A stretch of DNA of 64,000 bases from the NCBI GenBank assembly GCA_030059665.1, contig JANVYR010000001.1:793046-857045 (forward strand), written 5' to 3'. The notes beneath the pieces are model-generated. The model was not told the DNA's origin, made no database searches, and saw only the letters and a program-made list of their open reading frames with translations. Within the stretch, counting starts at the first letter, position 1. Each line of letters opens with the position of its first letter. This DNA comes from Candidatus Calditenuis fumarioli (lineage in GTDB: Archaea > Thermoproteota > Nitrososphaeria_A > Caldarchaeales > Calditenuaceae). Below, piece by piece: positions 9,641-18,680 of this stretch. Made by a program: the position numbers and the translations under genes.

Positions 9641-11144
9641 CCGTCACGCCGATCGACTTCAGAAGCGGCATCACGTCCGGAGGCTCCGTCCCTGCCACGT
9701 ACGCCGAGTGCTTAGCTATCATCGGGAGGTACCTCGCGTAGACGCTGAGCCTCTTCTTCGCGGCCTCCCGCTTCTCTATCTGGCTGAGGTAGAGCCTGAG
9801 GGCCCTGGCGCACTCCCTTATGGCCATCGTCAGCTCCCTCTCTATCTCCGGCCTGTCGGAGACGGCCTCCTTTCCGACGGTCTTGTAGGGCACCTTGGGC
9901 GAACAGATGCTGGTCAGGACCAGCACCGGCATCCCCTTCTGAACCTTGTAGGAGGGCCAGTCGATCCGCTCGCTGATCACCTTCCAGGAGACGTCCGCCT
10001 TCTCGTCGTAGAGCAGCGGTATCTTGTTGGCGAACCTCAGCAGCTGTATCTCCTCCGACGGCTCTATCCCCCCTCCGTAGGCGATCGCAGCCTCGACGAC
10101 GAAGGGTATGCCCGAGTAGCTGGACGGAGGCCTCTGCACCACGTGGAGGAACTCGGGCCTGTAGATCGACTTCAAACCTGCCTCGATGAACTCGACCCCG
10201 ACGGGGCTGAGGGTCGAAGTCTCCGGGGCCCTGAACTTGCCGTACTGCCTGAAGGCCTCCACGAGCCTCGTGACCTCGTCGTGCGTCAGGTCCTTGACCC
10301 TCTTCTCCGGATCGATCCCGGCCAGCTTCAGCACCTCCTCGGCCGTCTTCGGACCGATCCTCTGGAACTCGTTGACCAGGAACGATCTGACGTCCCTGCT
10401 CTTGGTGTTAGCGATGAGGCGATTCACCGTCTCGACGTCCACTCCGAGCGGGTGAGGCTTCCCCTCCCTCGGAGGCTCCGGCGCCTTCTCGATCACCCTC
10501 CTGAAGACGTAGACCCTGCCCTTCGGGTCGACGAAGACTATGTTGGCGTTGGGGTTGACCACAGCGGTCATCTCGAAGTAGCTCAGGATCTTGGGCCTGC
10601 TGGTGCTGTAGTCGCCCTCCAGCGTGACCCTCACGATCGTCCCCCTCCACCTCTTCGCGTTTGGGTGGACCTTGTGCTCGATGACCTTCGGCTTGTTCTC
10701 GACGATGTCGATCATCAGCTTGTACTCGTGTATCTCCTTCCCTCCCCTGCTGGAGATAACCGTGAAGGGCGTGTTGGTGGTGATCTGTCCGTAAAGGAGC
10801 GCCATCGTCCCTCCCACCCCGAAGGTTCCCCTCGACTGCTTGAAGCCGTACTTGCTGCCGTAGAGGACGGTGCCGAAGGCCTTCGGGATCATCGCGCCGT
10901 CGACGCCTATGCCGTTGTCCTTGACCGTGAGCGTGAAGAAGCGCTCTCCGTTCTCGTCGGCGCTCTCGAGGCTCACCCAGATGTTGGGCAGTATCCTGCC
11001 AACCTCCGTCGCGTCGAGGCTGTTCTCCACCAGCTCCCTGATGCACATGTACAGGGACCTCGCGGGGTTCGAGAAGCCCGCCAGGTCCCGATTCCGGTAG
11101 AAGAAGTCCGCTGGGCTGATCTCCTCGAACCTGACTTCGGTCAT
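9579..11144 (-). CDS. top6B: DNA topoisomerase VI subunit B
   Basis: ISPADFFYRN, RELVENSLDA, DNGIG, QSRGTFGVG GHKL motifs, RFANKIPLLYD; start reassigned to ATG 11144. Confidence 0.97.
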   Translation of the reverse strand: MTEVRFEEISPADFFYRNRDLAGFSNPARSLYMCIRELVENSLDATEVGRILPNIWVSLESADENGERFFTLTVKDNGIGVDGAMIPKAFGTVLYGSKYGFKQSRGTFGVGGTMALLYGQITTNTPFTVISSRGGKEIHEYKLMIDIVENKPKVIEHKVHPNAKRWRGTIVRVTLEGDYSTSRPKILSYFEMTAVVNPNANIVFVDPKGRVYVFRRVIEKAPEPPREGKPHPLGVDVETVNRLIANTKSRDVRSFLVNEFQRIGPKTAEEVLKLAGIDPEKRVKDLTHDEVTRLVEAFRQYGKFRAPETSTLSPVGVEFIEAGLKSIYRPEFLHVVQRPPSSYSGIPFVVEAAIAYGGGIEPSEEIQLLRFANKIPLLYDEKADVSWKVISERIDWPSYKVQKGMPVLVLTSICSPKVPYKTVGKEAVSDRPEIERELTMAIRECARALRLYLSQIEKREAAKKRLSVYARYLPMIAKHSAYVAGTEPPDVMPLLKSIGVTAKMVDEEMKALERELSGEAE

Positions 11145-11414
11145 TTCCTTCCCGGCCCATCCCTGGAGCTGTATTTGAACCGCAATCGGGTCAGCCAAGT
11201 CAGCGGACGCGCGGTATTTCCCCTCGCTGAGTTGAGCATTGAAGTCAAGAGCCGATGTTCCATGTGGAGGCCCGGACGCGGCGATCGAGGCAGACTAAAG
11301 CCGTGAGAGGCGAGGCGACGTGCGGACGCTACTGCCTGACGTATGAGAAGGCGTTACATGAGGAGCGAGTTAATACGAGACGAGACCTGTTCGACGAGGA
11401 CCGTGAGACCCGCG

Positions 11415-12632
11415 ATGGAGCAACGCCTCACGCAGGAGGAGGTGACAGAGCTCTCCGAGGCGCTGAGGTGCATCAGGTGCGGCTTCTGCAACTCCGTCTG
11501 CCCGACCAGCCTGATACCCGAGGCCTACAAGCCCTCGCGGACCGCTCGGGGTAGGATGGTGCTGATCCAGTCGGCCCTGAGCGGCCTTAACCTCGACCTC
11601 TTCGACGGGGACGTGGCGGAGCTGATGGACCTCTGCTACGGCTGCAACCGGTGCCTGGCCGTCTGCCCCGCGGGCATCCCGATACCTGATTTGATTCGGA
11701 GCTACAGGCATGCCCTGTTGAAAAGGGAAGGTGAAAGGGAGCGCGTGATCGGGTTCTACACGGAGACCCTCCCGCAACTCTTCGGTCTTCCCGGACCCTT
11801 GAGGCGCCTGCTCCTCTCGATCGCTCCCAAGCGCCTGATAGCGATGTACCTGGGGCTTGCGACCGATGTGGAGCTTCCGGTCCCCGAGGGCGTGGAGGTT
11901 CGCGAGGTGATGCGGAGAACGGGCGTGCTGGGAGGTGACGATGCGGAGCTCGCCTACTTCGCCGACACCTACTACCGATACGTGAGGCCCTCGTCGCTGG
12001 AGCCGCTCTTGCACGCGCTCCGGGAGCTCGGTCACAAACTCTCCTTCCCGAGGCAGTGGGACTCCGGCGTCCTCTTGTGGGAGTACGGCGACCGGGATGG
12101 GCTCAAAGCGCTCGCGGAGAGGAACGTGGCCTCTCTGGTCCAAGAGGTCGAGCGGGGCAGGAGGGTCCTCACCACCTCGCCGGCAGCGACGCTGATGCTA
12201 AGGGAAGTTTACCCCAGGGTCCTCAGAACTCCCGAAGCCACGTCGGTCTCGAGAGCGGTCGTCGACGTCTGCGAGCTGATGCTGGAGCTTTCAGAATCTG
12301 TGCCCGAGAGGCTGGCCGTGAGGGAGAACGCGGTAACCCTTCACTCCAGCTGCTTCTCGCAGCACCTGGGCTTGACGCCCAAGCTGATCGGAGCGCTCGA
12401 GGGCCTCGGTGTTAAGGTCGTCGCGGTGAGGGGGGAGTGCTGCGGCGTCGGCGGTCTGTGGGGACTTTTGAAGAGGAACCGGAAGACCTCCTTGCGCGTG
12501 GCGGAGCGGCTCGTATCGCACCTCGAAGGGCCCGTCGTCACCTACAGCGAGACCTGTCACCTCCAGCTCGAAGGACTCTGCGGACCTCGGGTTCGTCTGC
12601 CGTTCCAGCTCATCGCACCTCGAGGGGGTTGA
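11415..12632 (+). CDS. (Fe-S)-binding oxidoreductase subunit, GlpC/GlcF/HdrD-like (2x[4Fe-4S] + CCG domains)
   Basis: CIRCGFCNSVCP and CYGCNRCLAVCP; HSSC...ECCGVGG...ETC in the second CCG domain; start at ATG 11415 assumed. Confidence 0.8.
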   Translation: MEQRLTQEEVTELSEALRCIRCGFCNSVCPTSLIPEAYKPSRTARGRMVLIQSALSGLNLDLFDGDVAELMDLCYGCNRCLAVCPAGIPIPDLIRSYRHALLKREGERERVIGFYTETLPQLFGLPGPLRRLLLSIAPKRLIAMYLGLATDVELPVPEGVEVREVMRRTGVLGGDDAELAYFADTYYRYVRPSSLEPLLHALRELGHKLSFPRQWDSGVLLWEYGDRDGLKALAERNVASLVQEVERGRRVLTTSPAATLMLREVYPRVLRTPEATSVSRAVVDVCELMLELSESVPERLAVRENAVTLHSSCFSQHLGLTPKLIGALEGLGVKVVAVRGECCGVGGLWGLLKRNRKTSLRVAERLVSHLEGPVVTYSETCHLQLEGLCGPRVRLPFQLIAPRGG

Positions 12633-12635
12633 GCG

Positions 12636-13379
12636 TCAAGGTTCCCGCGAACACCAATCGGTATCCGGATTGTACTTCACTTTCCCCACCACAGGTTCAA
12701 CAAGCTGCTCAACTTGGGAGGACTCATAGCTCGAAATGGTGCGAAACATAGCAAACGCTCGGATGTCGACGTTCGGAACATCCTCCTTGATGCGCCATGC
12801 GCAAGCCATCACGGTATTTCCGCTGGTGATTATGTCGTCCACAAGAACCACCGTGTACCTCTTGGACCCATTGCCGAAATAACGCTTCAGCAAATCTTGA
12901 TCGATGGCTATCGTTCTGTAATGGTCCGAAACGCGTCGTTGAGCGGATTTTCCCGTTCTCGCTGGAGTCACGGGCTGGGTTCTTATCAAGAGAGGAACGA
13001 TTTTTGTTCCCTGAAATCGTTTAGCTACCACCGGTTTAACAATTTTCTCGCATATCCATCTCGCAGGCCAAGCGGAATTGGCAAATTTTAACGGGCTCGA
13101 ACGCGGGACAGGAACGAGGACTGTCTGGGAACCCACGAAGACGGGAACGAGTGTTCCCACGAACCCCCGTGAGAACGTATTTGTGAGGGACGAAATGACG
13201 TCATTTCGGCAATTTTTGACAGCTTTCATCAAATCCTGAGAGAGCTGAGCTGCACGGCTCAGTCCTTCGAATCTTTGTTGACCCCTTGAACCCCTACCTA
13301 CAGGGTAGTACCGGAGCACGGACCCAAAATTCAGTTCGGTGATGGGTGGTGGATTCTTCAACGGCGATGAAAAACTCAT
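12636..13379 (-). CDS. Type I phosphoribosyltransferase (ComF/ShosT-like PRTase domain)
   Basis: LVPVPRS and the PRPP-binding loop VVLVDDIITSGNT; visibly more AT-rich than flanks. Confidence 0.8.
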   Translation of the reverse strand: MSFSSPLKNPPPITELNFGSVLRYYPVGRGSRGQQRFEGLSRAAQLSQDLMKAVKNCRNDVISSLTNTFSRGFVGTLVPVFVGSQTVLVPVPRSSPLKFANSAWPARWICEKIVKPVVAKRFQGTKIVPLLIRTQPVTPARTGKSAQRRVSDHYRTIAIDQDLLKRYFGNGSKRYTVVLVDDIITSGNTVMACAWRIKEDVPNVDIRAFAMFRTISSYESSQVEQLVEPVVGKVKYNPDTDWCSREP

Positions 13380-13383
13380 ATCA

Positions 13384-14097
13384 TCAGAAATGGAGCAGCG
13401 TCAGCTGCCTCACCAGCTCCTGAGGCGACATCCACGGGAGTAGGTCGAGTAGCTCATCCAGCTCATCGGGATCCTGCAGCACCATCGCACCGTATTTCAT
13501 GAGCTCATCGACCCAAGACGGGCGCCGAGATTCAACCAAACGGGAGACGAAGAGGGGCCTGTTCAACCTGATCGACTCCCAGGCCTGGGAAATGACTCCT
13601 GACTTCTCACCGGCCTCGACGATCACCGTCGCGTTGGAGATGAGCGCCATCGTCCTGTTCCTGAGGACGAAGTTCTTTCTGGTTACCGGTGAACCGATTG
13701 GGAACTGGCTGATGACGAGGTGCTCCCGCATGAGCATCAGCTGGAGTTCCCTGTTCTCAGGCGGGTAGAACCGGTCGAGCGGCGTCCCGAGGACCGCGAT
13801 CGTGCGGCCACCCTTCTCGAGCGCCGTCCTATGCGCCACCGTGTCTATTCCTCTGGCCAGACCGCTGACGATGATCACCCTTTCCCTCACCAGGTTCTCC
13901 ACGAGCCTCCGCGCAAAAGCGATTCCCTCATCGGTGGGCTGACGCGTGCCGACAACTGAGACCCTCGGGACCGGTAAAGGCACCAATTCCTGGATCTCCC
14001 CCACAACCTGAAGTCTCTTGGGCGCGTACTTGGCTTCGTACTCGTTGAGCGTCGAACCCAAAAGGTCCTCCGGTCGCAGCTCGGTGAACTCAAACAT
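13384..14097 (-). CDS. dprA: DprA/Smf family DNA-processing protein (Rossmann core only)
   Basis: VSVVGTR, IIVSGLARGIDTVAH, F..RNRTMALIS, VEAGEKSG; GGAG SD before ATG 14097. Confidence 0.9.
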   Translation of the reverse strand: MFEFTELRPEDLLGSTLNEYEAKYAPKRLQVVGEIQELVPLPVPRVSVVGTRQPTDEGIAFARRLVENLVRERVIIVSGLARGIDTVAHRTALEKGGRTIAVLGTPLDRFYPPENRELQLMLMREHLVISQFPIGSPVTRKNFVLRNRTMALISNATVIVEAGEKSGVISQAWESIRLNRPLFVSRLVESRRPSWVDELMKYGAMVLQDPDELDELLDLLPWMSPQELVRQLTLLHF

Positions 14098-14284
14098 CTC
14101 CCCGTTGATTTTCAGGATGGTATGACCGTGATGACGGTGAGCAGCAGTTGAAGTCATACGCCTGTAGTATCGCCGCAATGCTCGCTTTTGGGCATTGCTG
14201 GAACCGGCCCGAAAGTGGGAACGCCTCGGCCACCCCCGCTAATCGTTCACCTTTAAAAGCGGCTTGGGAGGGTGAGGGTTCAGG

Positions 14285-14674
14285 ATGGCGACGTTCGACT
14301 GGGTCTCGGGGCTCTTCACGAAGCTGTACAACAACGAGATGGCGAGGAACAAGGAGTGCGTCCACAAGTACTCGAAGCTGGTGGTGGAGATCCTGAAGAC
14401 GCTCCAGAGGCACGGCTACGTCGGGGCCATCGAGTACGTCGAGGACGGGAGGGGAGGGAAGGTGATAATTCAGCTGCTGGGCAGGATCAACAAGGCAGGT
14501 CCCATCAGACCGAGGTTCAGCGTGAGCAAGGACGGCTACGAGGAGTTCGAGAAGAGGTACCTCCCGAGCAGGGACATAGGGATACTCGTGGTGACGACCA
14601 ACAGGGGCGTGATGTCGCACAGGGAGGCGATAAAGCAGGGCCTCGGCGGGAAGCTCCTCGGCTACGTCTACTGA
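14285..14674 (+). CDS. rps8: 30S ribosomal protein uS8
   Basis: [53 protein letters not shown]...[10 protein letters not shown]. Confidence 0.95.
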   Translation: MATFDWVSGLFTKLYNNEMARNKECVHKYSKLVVEILKTLQRHGYVGAIEYVEDGRGGKVIIQLLGRINKAGPIRPRFSVSKDGYEEFEKRYLPSRDIGILVVTTNRGVMSHREAIKQGLGGKLLGYVY

Positions 14675-14742
14675 TCCTTCCACGCCTGAAAATCCTCAGG
14701 ACCTTCTCCGAAGCAGTCCATCCCCTCCGTCACGGGACGACC

Positions 14743-15663
14743 TCAGACGGATTTGCCGAGCAGTTCCCTGATCACGAGCCTGGCAGCCTCTATGCCTGCC
14801 GCCCGCTGGGCCTCGTGGGTCTGGGCTCCCATGTGGGGCGTGGGTATCAGGTTGGGCAGCGAGAGGAGCTCGAGGTCGGTGGGTGGCTCCGTCTCGAAGA
14901 CGTCCAGCGCAGCTCCGGCTATCCATCCCTCTCTCAGGGCCCTCTTCAGAGCAGTCTCGTCGACGACCCCTCCACGGGCCATGTTGACGAGGAAAGCGGT
15001 CCGCTTCATCTCCCTCAGCTCCCTCTCCCCGATGAGTCCCCTCGTGGACGGGTCAAGCGGCGTGTGGATCGTTACTATGTCCGACTCGCGCAGAAGGGTG
15101 AGGAGGTCCACCTGCTTCCCTTCCACCGACTCGAGGAAGTCCCTGGGGACCTCTATCACGTCGTTCACCAGCACCCTCATCCCGAGGGCGTGGGCCATCC
15201 TCGCCACCTCCCGACCGATCCTCCCGCACCCTATGATCCCGACCGTCTTGCCGCGGAGCTCGATGCCGTGCGCCTCGGACTTCAGCCACCTCCCCTGCTT
15301 GAGCTCGGAGGCGTACCGGACTATCCCCCTCGCGAGGCAGAAGAAGAGCCCGACCGTCAGCTCAGCGACCGCCCTCGTGACGGACTCCGGAGTGTTCAGC
15401 ACCTTGACGCCGAGCTTGGTGAAGCCCTCCACGTCGACGTTGTCGAGCCCCACCCCCGCCCTCACGATGACCCTCAGGTTCCCCTTTCCGCCGACCGGCC
15501 GCGCCTTGACGTTGCTCCTGATGACCACCGCGTCGTAATTGACGTACCTCCTGTCGAACTCCTGCTGCGTGATCCTCTCCTCGTAATCGACCTGAAGTCC
15601 CGCCGACCTCATCAGCTCAATCCCCTCCCTGTCGAGCCTGCAGGCGACGAGCACCCTGCTCAC
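14743..15663 (-). CDS. D-isomer-specific 2-hydroxyacid dehydrogenase (SerA-like, no ACT domain)
   Basis: RAGVGLDNVD, GIIGCGRIG, VNMARGGVVDE, DVFETEP, TPHMGA; start set at GTG 15663. Confidence 0.9.
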   Translation of the reverse strand: MSRVLVACRLDREGIELMRSAGLQVDYEERITQQEFDRRYVNYDAVVIRSNVKARPVGGKGNLRVIVRAGVGLDNVDVEGFTKLGVKVLNTPESVTRAVAELTVGLFFCLARGIVRYASELKQGRWLKSEAHGIELRGKTVGIIGCGRIGREVARMAHALGMRVLVNDVIEVPRDFLESVEGKQVDLLTLLRESDIVTIHTPLDPSTRGLIGERELREMKRTAFLVNMARGGVVDETALKRALREGWIAGAALDVFETEPPTDLELLSLPNLIPTPHMGAQTHEAQRAAGIEAARLVIRELLGKSV

Positions 15664-15797
15664 GTCATTAAGAGCGGCGAGCCGCATCAAATGTTTGCGC
15701 TCCTTTGTAGGTTGGGCGTCCGGCATGTCACGGCAACGCTCAGCCCCCGCATCGCACCAGAACACCTATAATTTGGGTCTGGGGTCGTTTTGAAGGG

Positions 15798-16322
15798 TTG
15801 GAGGAGACCGAGGAGGGCCATAGCTGCCCGATCGACGTCACTCCCTCGATGATCACGGGTCTGCTGGAGGTCCTGAGGCTCTGGAAGGGCAGGATGGACC
15901 TCAACCAGCTGGCGAGGGAGGTGGGAATGGAGCCGGGCCTGCTGCTGAGGGTGGCGGAGGTGGGGAAGTTGCTCGGTCTGCTCGAGTTCGTCGACGGCGA
16001 CCTGGTCCTGACGAAGGCCGGCGAGTCCTACACCAGGAGGTCCTCCTCGGGAAAGCTCGGGATGCTGAGGGAGCTGGTGCCCAACATAGAGCCCTTCAGG
16101 TCGGTGATCGGGCTCCTCGAGCGGAACAGGTCTCCCATGACCGTCTCCGAGATCAACGAGCACCTGAAGGTGTGCACCGATGACGAGCAGCTCGAGACCT
16201 TCAAGACCTTCCTGATCGACTGGCTCGTCGCCACGGGAATCCTCGAGTACTCGGGCGAGGAGGAGACGTTCAGGCTGAAGAGGAGGAGGGCAAGGGGCCA
16301 GGTCAGCTCAGGAGCATCATGA
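15798..16322 (+). CDS. Stand-alone winged-helix protein resembling the C-terminal AAA-associated domain of NitT/TauT ABC ATPases
   Basis: GRMDLNQLARE...LLRVAEVGKLLGLLEFVDGDLVLTKAG, L.TLIDW...GILEY pattern. Confidence 0.7.
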   Translation: MEETEEGHSCPIDVTPSMITGLLEVLRLWKGRMDLNQLAREVGMEPGLLLRVAEVGKLLGLLEFVDGDLVLTKAGESYTRRSSSGKLGMLRELVPNIEPFRSVIGLLERNRSPMTVSEINEHLKVCTDDEQLETFKTFLIDWLVATGILEYSGEEETFRLKRRRARGQVSSGAS

Positions 16323-17061
16323 CCTCGTCGACCAGCTTGAGGAAGGTCTCGTCCTTCCTGTTCCTCGGCCTTTCCAGATCGATCCTCACCTCGGCGACCA
16401 CCGTCGCAGGCCTCCCCTTCAGCACCAGGACCCTGTCGGCAAGCTGGATCACCTCGTCGATGTTGTGGGAGACCATTACGACCGAGGCAGGAGGCAGGCT
16501 CGAGTCGAACCACATCTCCTCCAGCTCCCTCATCAGGGCAAGCGCCGTTAGGGGGTCGAGGTTGCTCATCGGCTCGTCAAGCAGGAGCAGGTCTGGCAAG
16601 ACCACGAGGGCCCTGGCGAGGGCGACGCGCTGCTGCATCCCCCCGCTGAGCTCACGGGGATAGGCCGAGGCGTACCCAGACAGCCCCACGAGGTCGAGGA
16701 ACCTCATCGCCAGCTCCTCCTTCTCCTCCTCGCTCATGTCCCTCCTCGAGAGGAGCGGGAGCTTGACGTTCTCGAGGACCGTCAGCCACGGCAACAGGTT
16801 CGGCGACTGGAACATCATCGAGATCTTCGGGTGCGGGCCTTTGAGCTCCTCGCCCTTGAAGTAGACTTTCCCGTTCGTGGGTCTGAGGAGGCCGCACATC
16901 AGCCTCAGCAGGGTCGATTTGCCCGTCCCGCTGGGGCCGACGACGCCGACGAACTCGGTGTAATCGACGTGTAGGTTGATGTCCGTGAGGATCTTGGTCC
17001 TCGATCCGGGATATGCGAAGTCGACGTCCACCATCCTCAGCAGCTCCCTGCTCCCGTCCAT
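16303..17061 (-). CDS. ABC transporter ATP-binding protein, nitrate/sulfonate/taurine (NitT/TauT) type
   Basis: GPSGTGKST, MFQSPNLLPWLTVLENV, YPRELSGGMQQR, LLDEP, VSHNIDEVIQLADR. Confidence 0.92.
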   Translation of the reverse strand: MDGSRELLRMVDVDFAYPGSRTKILTDINLHVDYTEFVGVVGPSGTGKSTLLRLMCGLLRPTNGKVYFKGEELKGPHPKISMMFQSPNLLPWLTVLENVKLPLLSRRDMSEEEKEELAMRFLDLVGLSGYASAYPRELSGGMQQRVALARALVVLPDLLLLDEPMSNLDPLTALALMRELEEMWFDSSLPPASVVMVSHNIDEVIQLADRVLVLKGRPATVVAEVRIDLERPRNRKDETFLKLVDEVMMLLS

Positions 17062-17138
17062 GATCTCCGGGTCGCCTGAAACTGGGGACGTTATATGGTG
17101 AAAGGCGCGTGAGCAGGTGCAGATGGGTTGGACCGCGA

Positions 17139-17720
17139 CTACACGTGGCCCCGGGTGAACAGGAAGTATTTGTTGTTGGGATCGGAGAGCTCCTGAAGGA
17201 TCCTTTTGATCACGCTAGCCCTCGAGTCCTGGATGCCGGTCCTCCTGTCTATGTCCTCGAAGCTCTCGAAGGGTTTCTTCTCCCTCTCCTCCAGGACCTT
17301 CAGCATGGTCTTCTTCCCTATACCAGGGATGACCTCGAGCGCGTGGAGCCTCGGCGTTAGCGGGCCGCAGGTGTTGAAGAACTCGACGAACTTCTTCTCT
17401 TTCTCCCGGACGATCCTCTCCACGGCCCGCTCGAGCTCCATCTTCGCCGTCTCCGGCAGGTCGTTGTAACCGATCCGCCTCACGATCCTCACCACGTCCC
17501 TCGGGACGTCCTTCCCGATGTAGAGCACGTTGCCGGGAGCCAAATTGATCTCGGGCGAGACCGCGGCCTCCAGCAGCGTGAAGTGCTCGGTCCCGAGGAG
17601 GTAGGCCCTGTTGAACTGGGATTGGTGCCCGTGCCTCGGACCCCACCTGGGAGGAGCTACGTCAAGCACTATCGCCTCGTCCTCGTAGATCTTGGGCCTG
17701 AACCTCTCCTGCTCCCGCAT
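17139..17720 (-). CDS. DUF655 family protein (predicted RNA-binding, HhH)
   Basis: LGTEHFTLLE, FFNTCGPLTPRLHALEVIPGIGKK; conserved rpl21e-rpoF-DUF655 context. Confidence 0.9.
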   Translation of the reverse strand: MREQERFRPKIYEDEAIVLDVAPPRWGPRHGHQSQFNRAYLLGTEHFTLLEAAVSPEINLAPGNVLYIGKDVPRDVVRIVRRIGYNDLPETAKMELERAVERIVREKEKKFVEFFNTCGPLTPRLHALEVIPGIGKKTMLKVLEEREKKPFESFEDIDRRTGIQDSRASVIKRILQELSDPNNKYFLFTRGHV

Positions 17721-17730
17721 GCCCTACTCC

Positions 17731-18075
17731 TCAACCGCTCCCTTCGGAGCTGGACTCGACGTATTTCCTAACGGTCTCCGCGATGCCCCTCATCTTCTCC
17801 TCATCCGCAAGCACCGTCAGCAGCAACCTCCTGTAACCGGAGAGCACCGTCCTCACCTCCTCCACGGTCCTCGGGCAGATGTTGACCACCTGCACCGCCT
17901 CGATCTCCTCGAGCCCGAACTTCTCCATCAGCTCCTCCTTCAGCCTCCTCGCGGAGTCCGCGTCGAGCTTCGAGAAGGCAGTGACGTAGCTCAGTATCCT
18001 CTGGGCCACTGGCGAGGCCGATTGCGCCCTGCTCTCGAGGATCTCCTTCACCTCAGGAAGGGAGACCGGCTTCAT
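17731..18075 (-). CDS. rpoF: RNA polymerase subunit Rpo4 (RpoF)
   Basis: SLPEVKEIL, YVTAFSKL, VNICPRTVEEVRTVL; gene context. Confidence 0.9.
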   Translation of the reverse strand: MKPVSLPEVKEILESRAQSASPVAQRILSYVTAFSKLDADSARRLKEELMEKFGLEEIEAVQVVNICPRTVEEVRTVLSGYRRLLLTVLADEEKMRGIAETVRKYVESSSEGSG

Positions 18076-18111
18076 CGACAGCGTCCTCCTCGGCAGCTCC
18101 CCTCTACCCCC

Positions 18112-18414
18112 TCACGCGTTGTGAGGTCTTATGTGATCGGGAAGGACGTAGAGGATTTTCCTCTTCGAGCCGAGGTAGACCTCGACCTCGTAACCCCTTC
18201 CCCTCCTTCCTAGGACGACCCCGACCTTGCCGTGATACCGTTTGTGCGGCATCCCCTTCTGGACAGATGGGTCTGCGACGACGACCACCTTGCTCCCCAC
18301 CGGATACTCCACCAGATACACGTCGGGCCTCGGCCCCATCCTCGATCCGGCGGGCTTGGTCATCAGGGTCCTCGTCCTGCTCCGGTAACCGTGATGTCTC
18401 GCCAAACCCAGCAT
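18112..18414 (-). CDS. rpl21e: 50S ribosomal protein eL21
   Basis: GYRSRTR, PSVQKGMPHKRYHGKVG, PDHIRP. Confidence 0.95.
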   Translation of the reverse strand: MLGLARHHGYRSRTRTLMTKPAGSRMGPRPDVYLVEYPVGSKVVVVADPSVQKGMPHKRYHGKVGVVLGRRGRGYEVEVYLGSKRKILYVLPDHIRPHNA

Positions 18415-18680
18415 CCCGTGACCCGCGCAGGGCTATTAAACGTATCGGTGGCATGGGTGGCGACTGTCGAGTGCCGGCGCTCACCTGCTCGGGTGGATGG
18501 CAGAGGTGCGGTTGGTGGAGATCGAGCGGTTGAAGTCGAAGTCGGGGAGAAGCGGTGCGGAAACGGGTTGCGAAAGTGGATCGAGGACCTGCGAGATGAA
18601 ACGTCCACTGAAGGGCGCGCACGTCTCGTTTCCTCGTTTCAAATAATTTGATATTGAGGTCCACCAGCAGATGCGGCGAG

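Noticed and set aside
11145-11414. 270-nt spacer between top6B and the Fe-S gene with three CGGACGC copies and a 40-codon minus-strand ORF ending on the top6B ATG
   Set aside because: No recognisable ncRNA motif or convincing long helix; the ORF has no homology signal; short GC repeats are expected by chance.
14111-14288. 10-bp direct repeat TTCAGGATGG near the island edge
   Set aside because: Both copies lie on one side of the dprA-PRTase pair, so they cannot be a target-site duplication.
15664-18680. Leader peptides upstream of the serA-like gene and thrC (also checked for leuB and ilvD)
   Set aside because: The short ORFs found lack enrichment for cognate amino acids, and TATA-like boxes lie close to the start codons.
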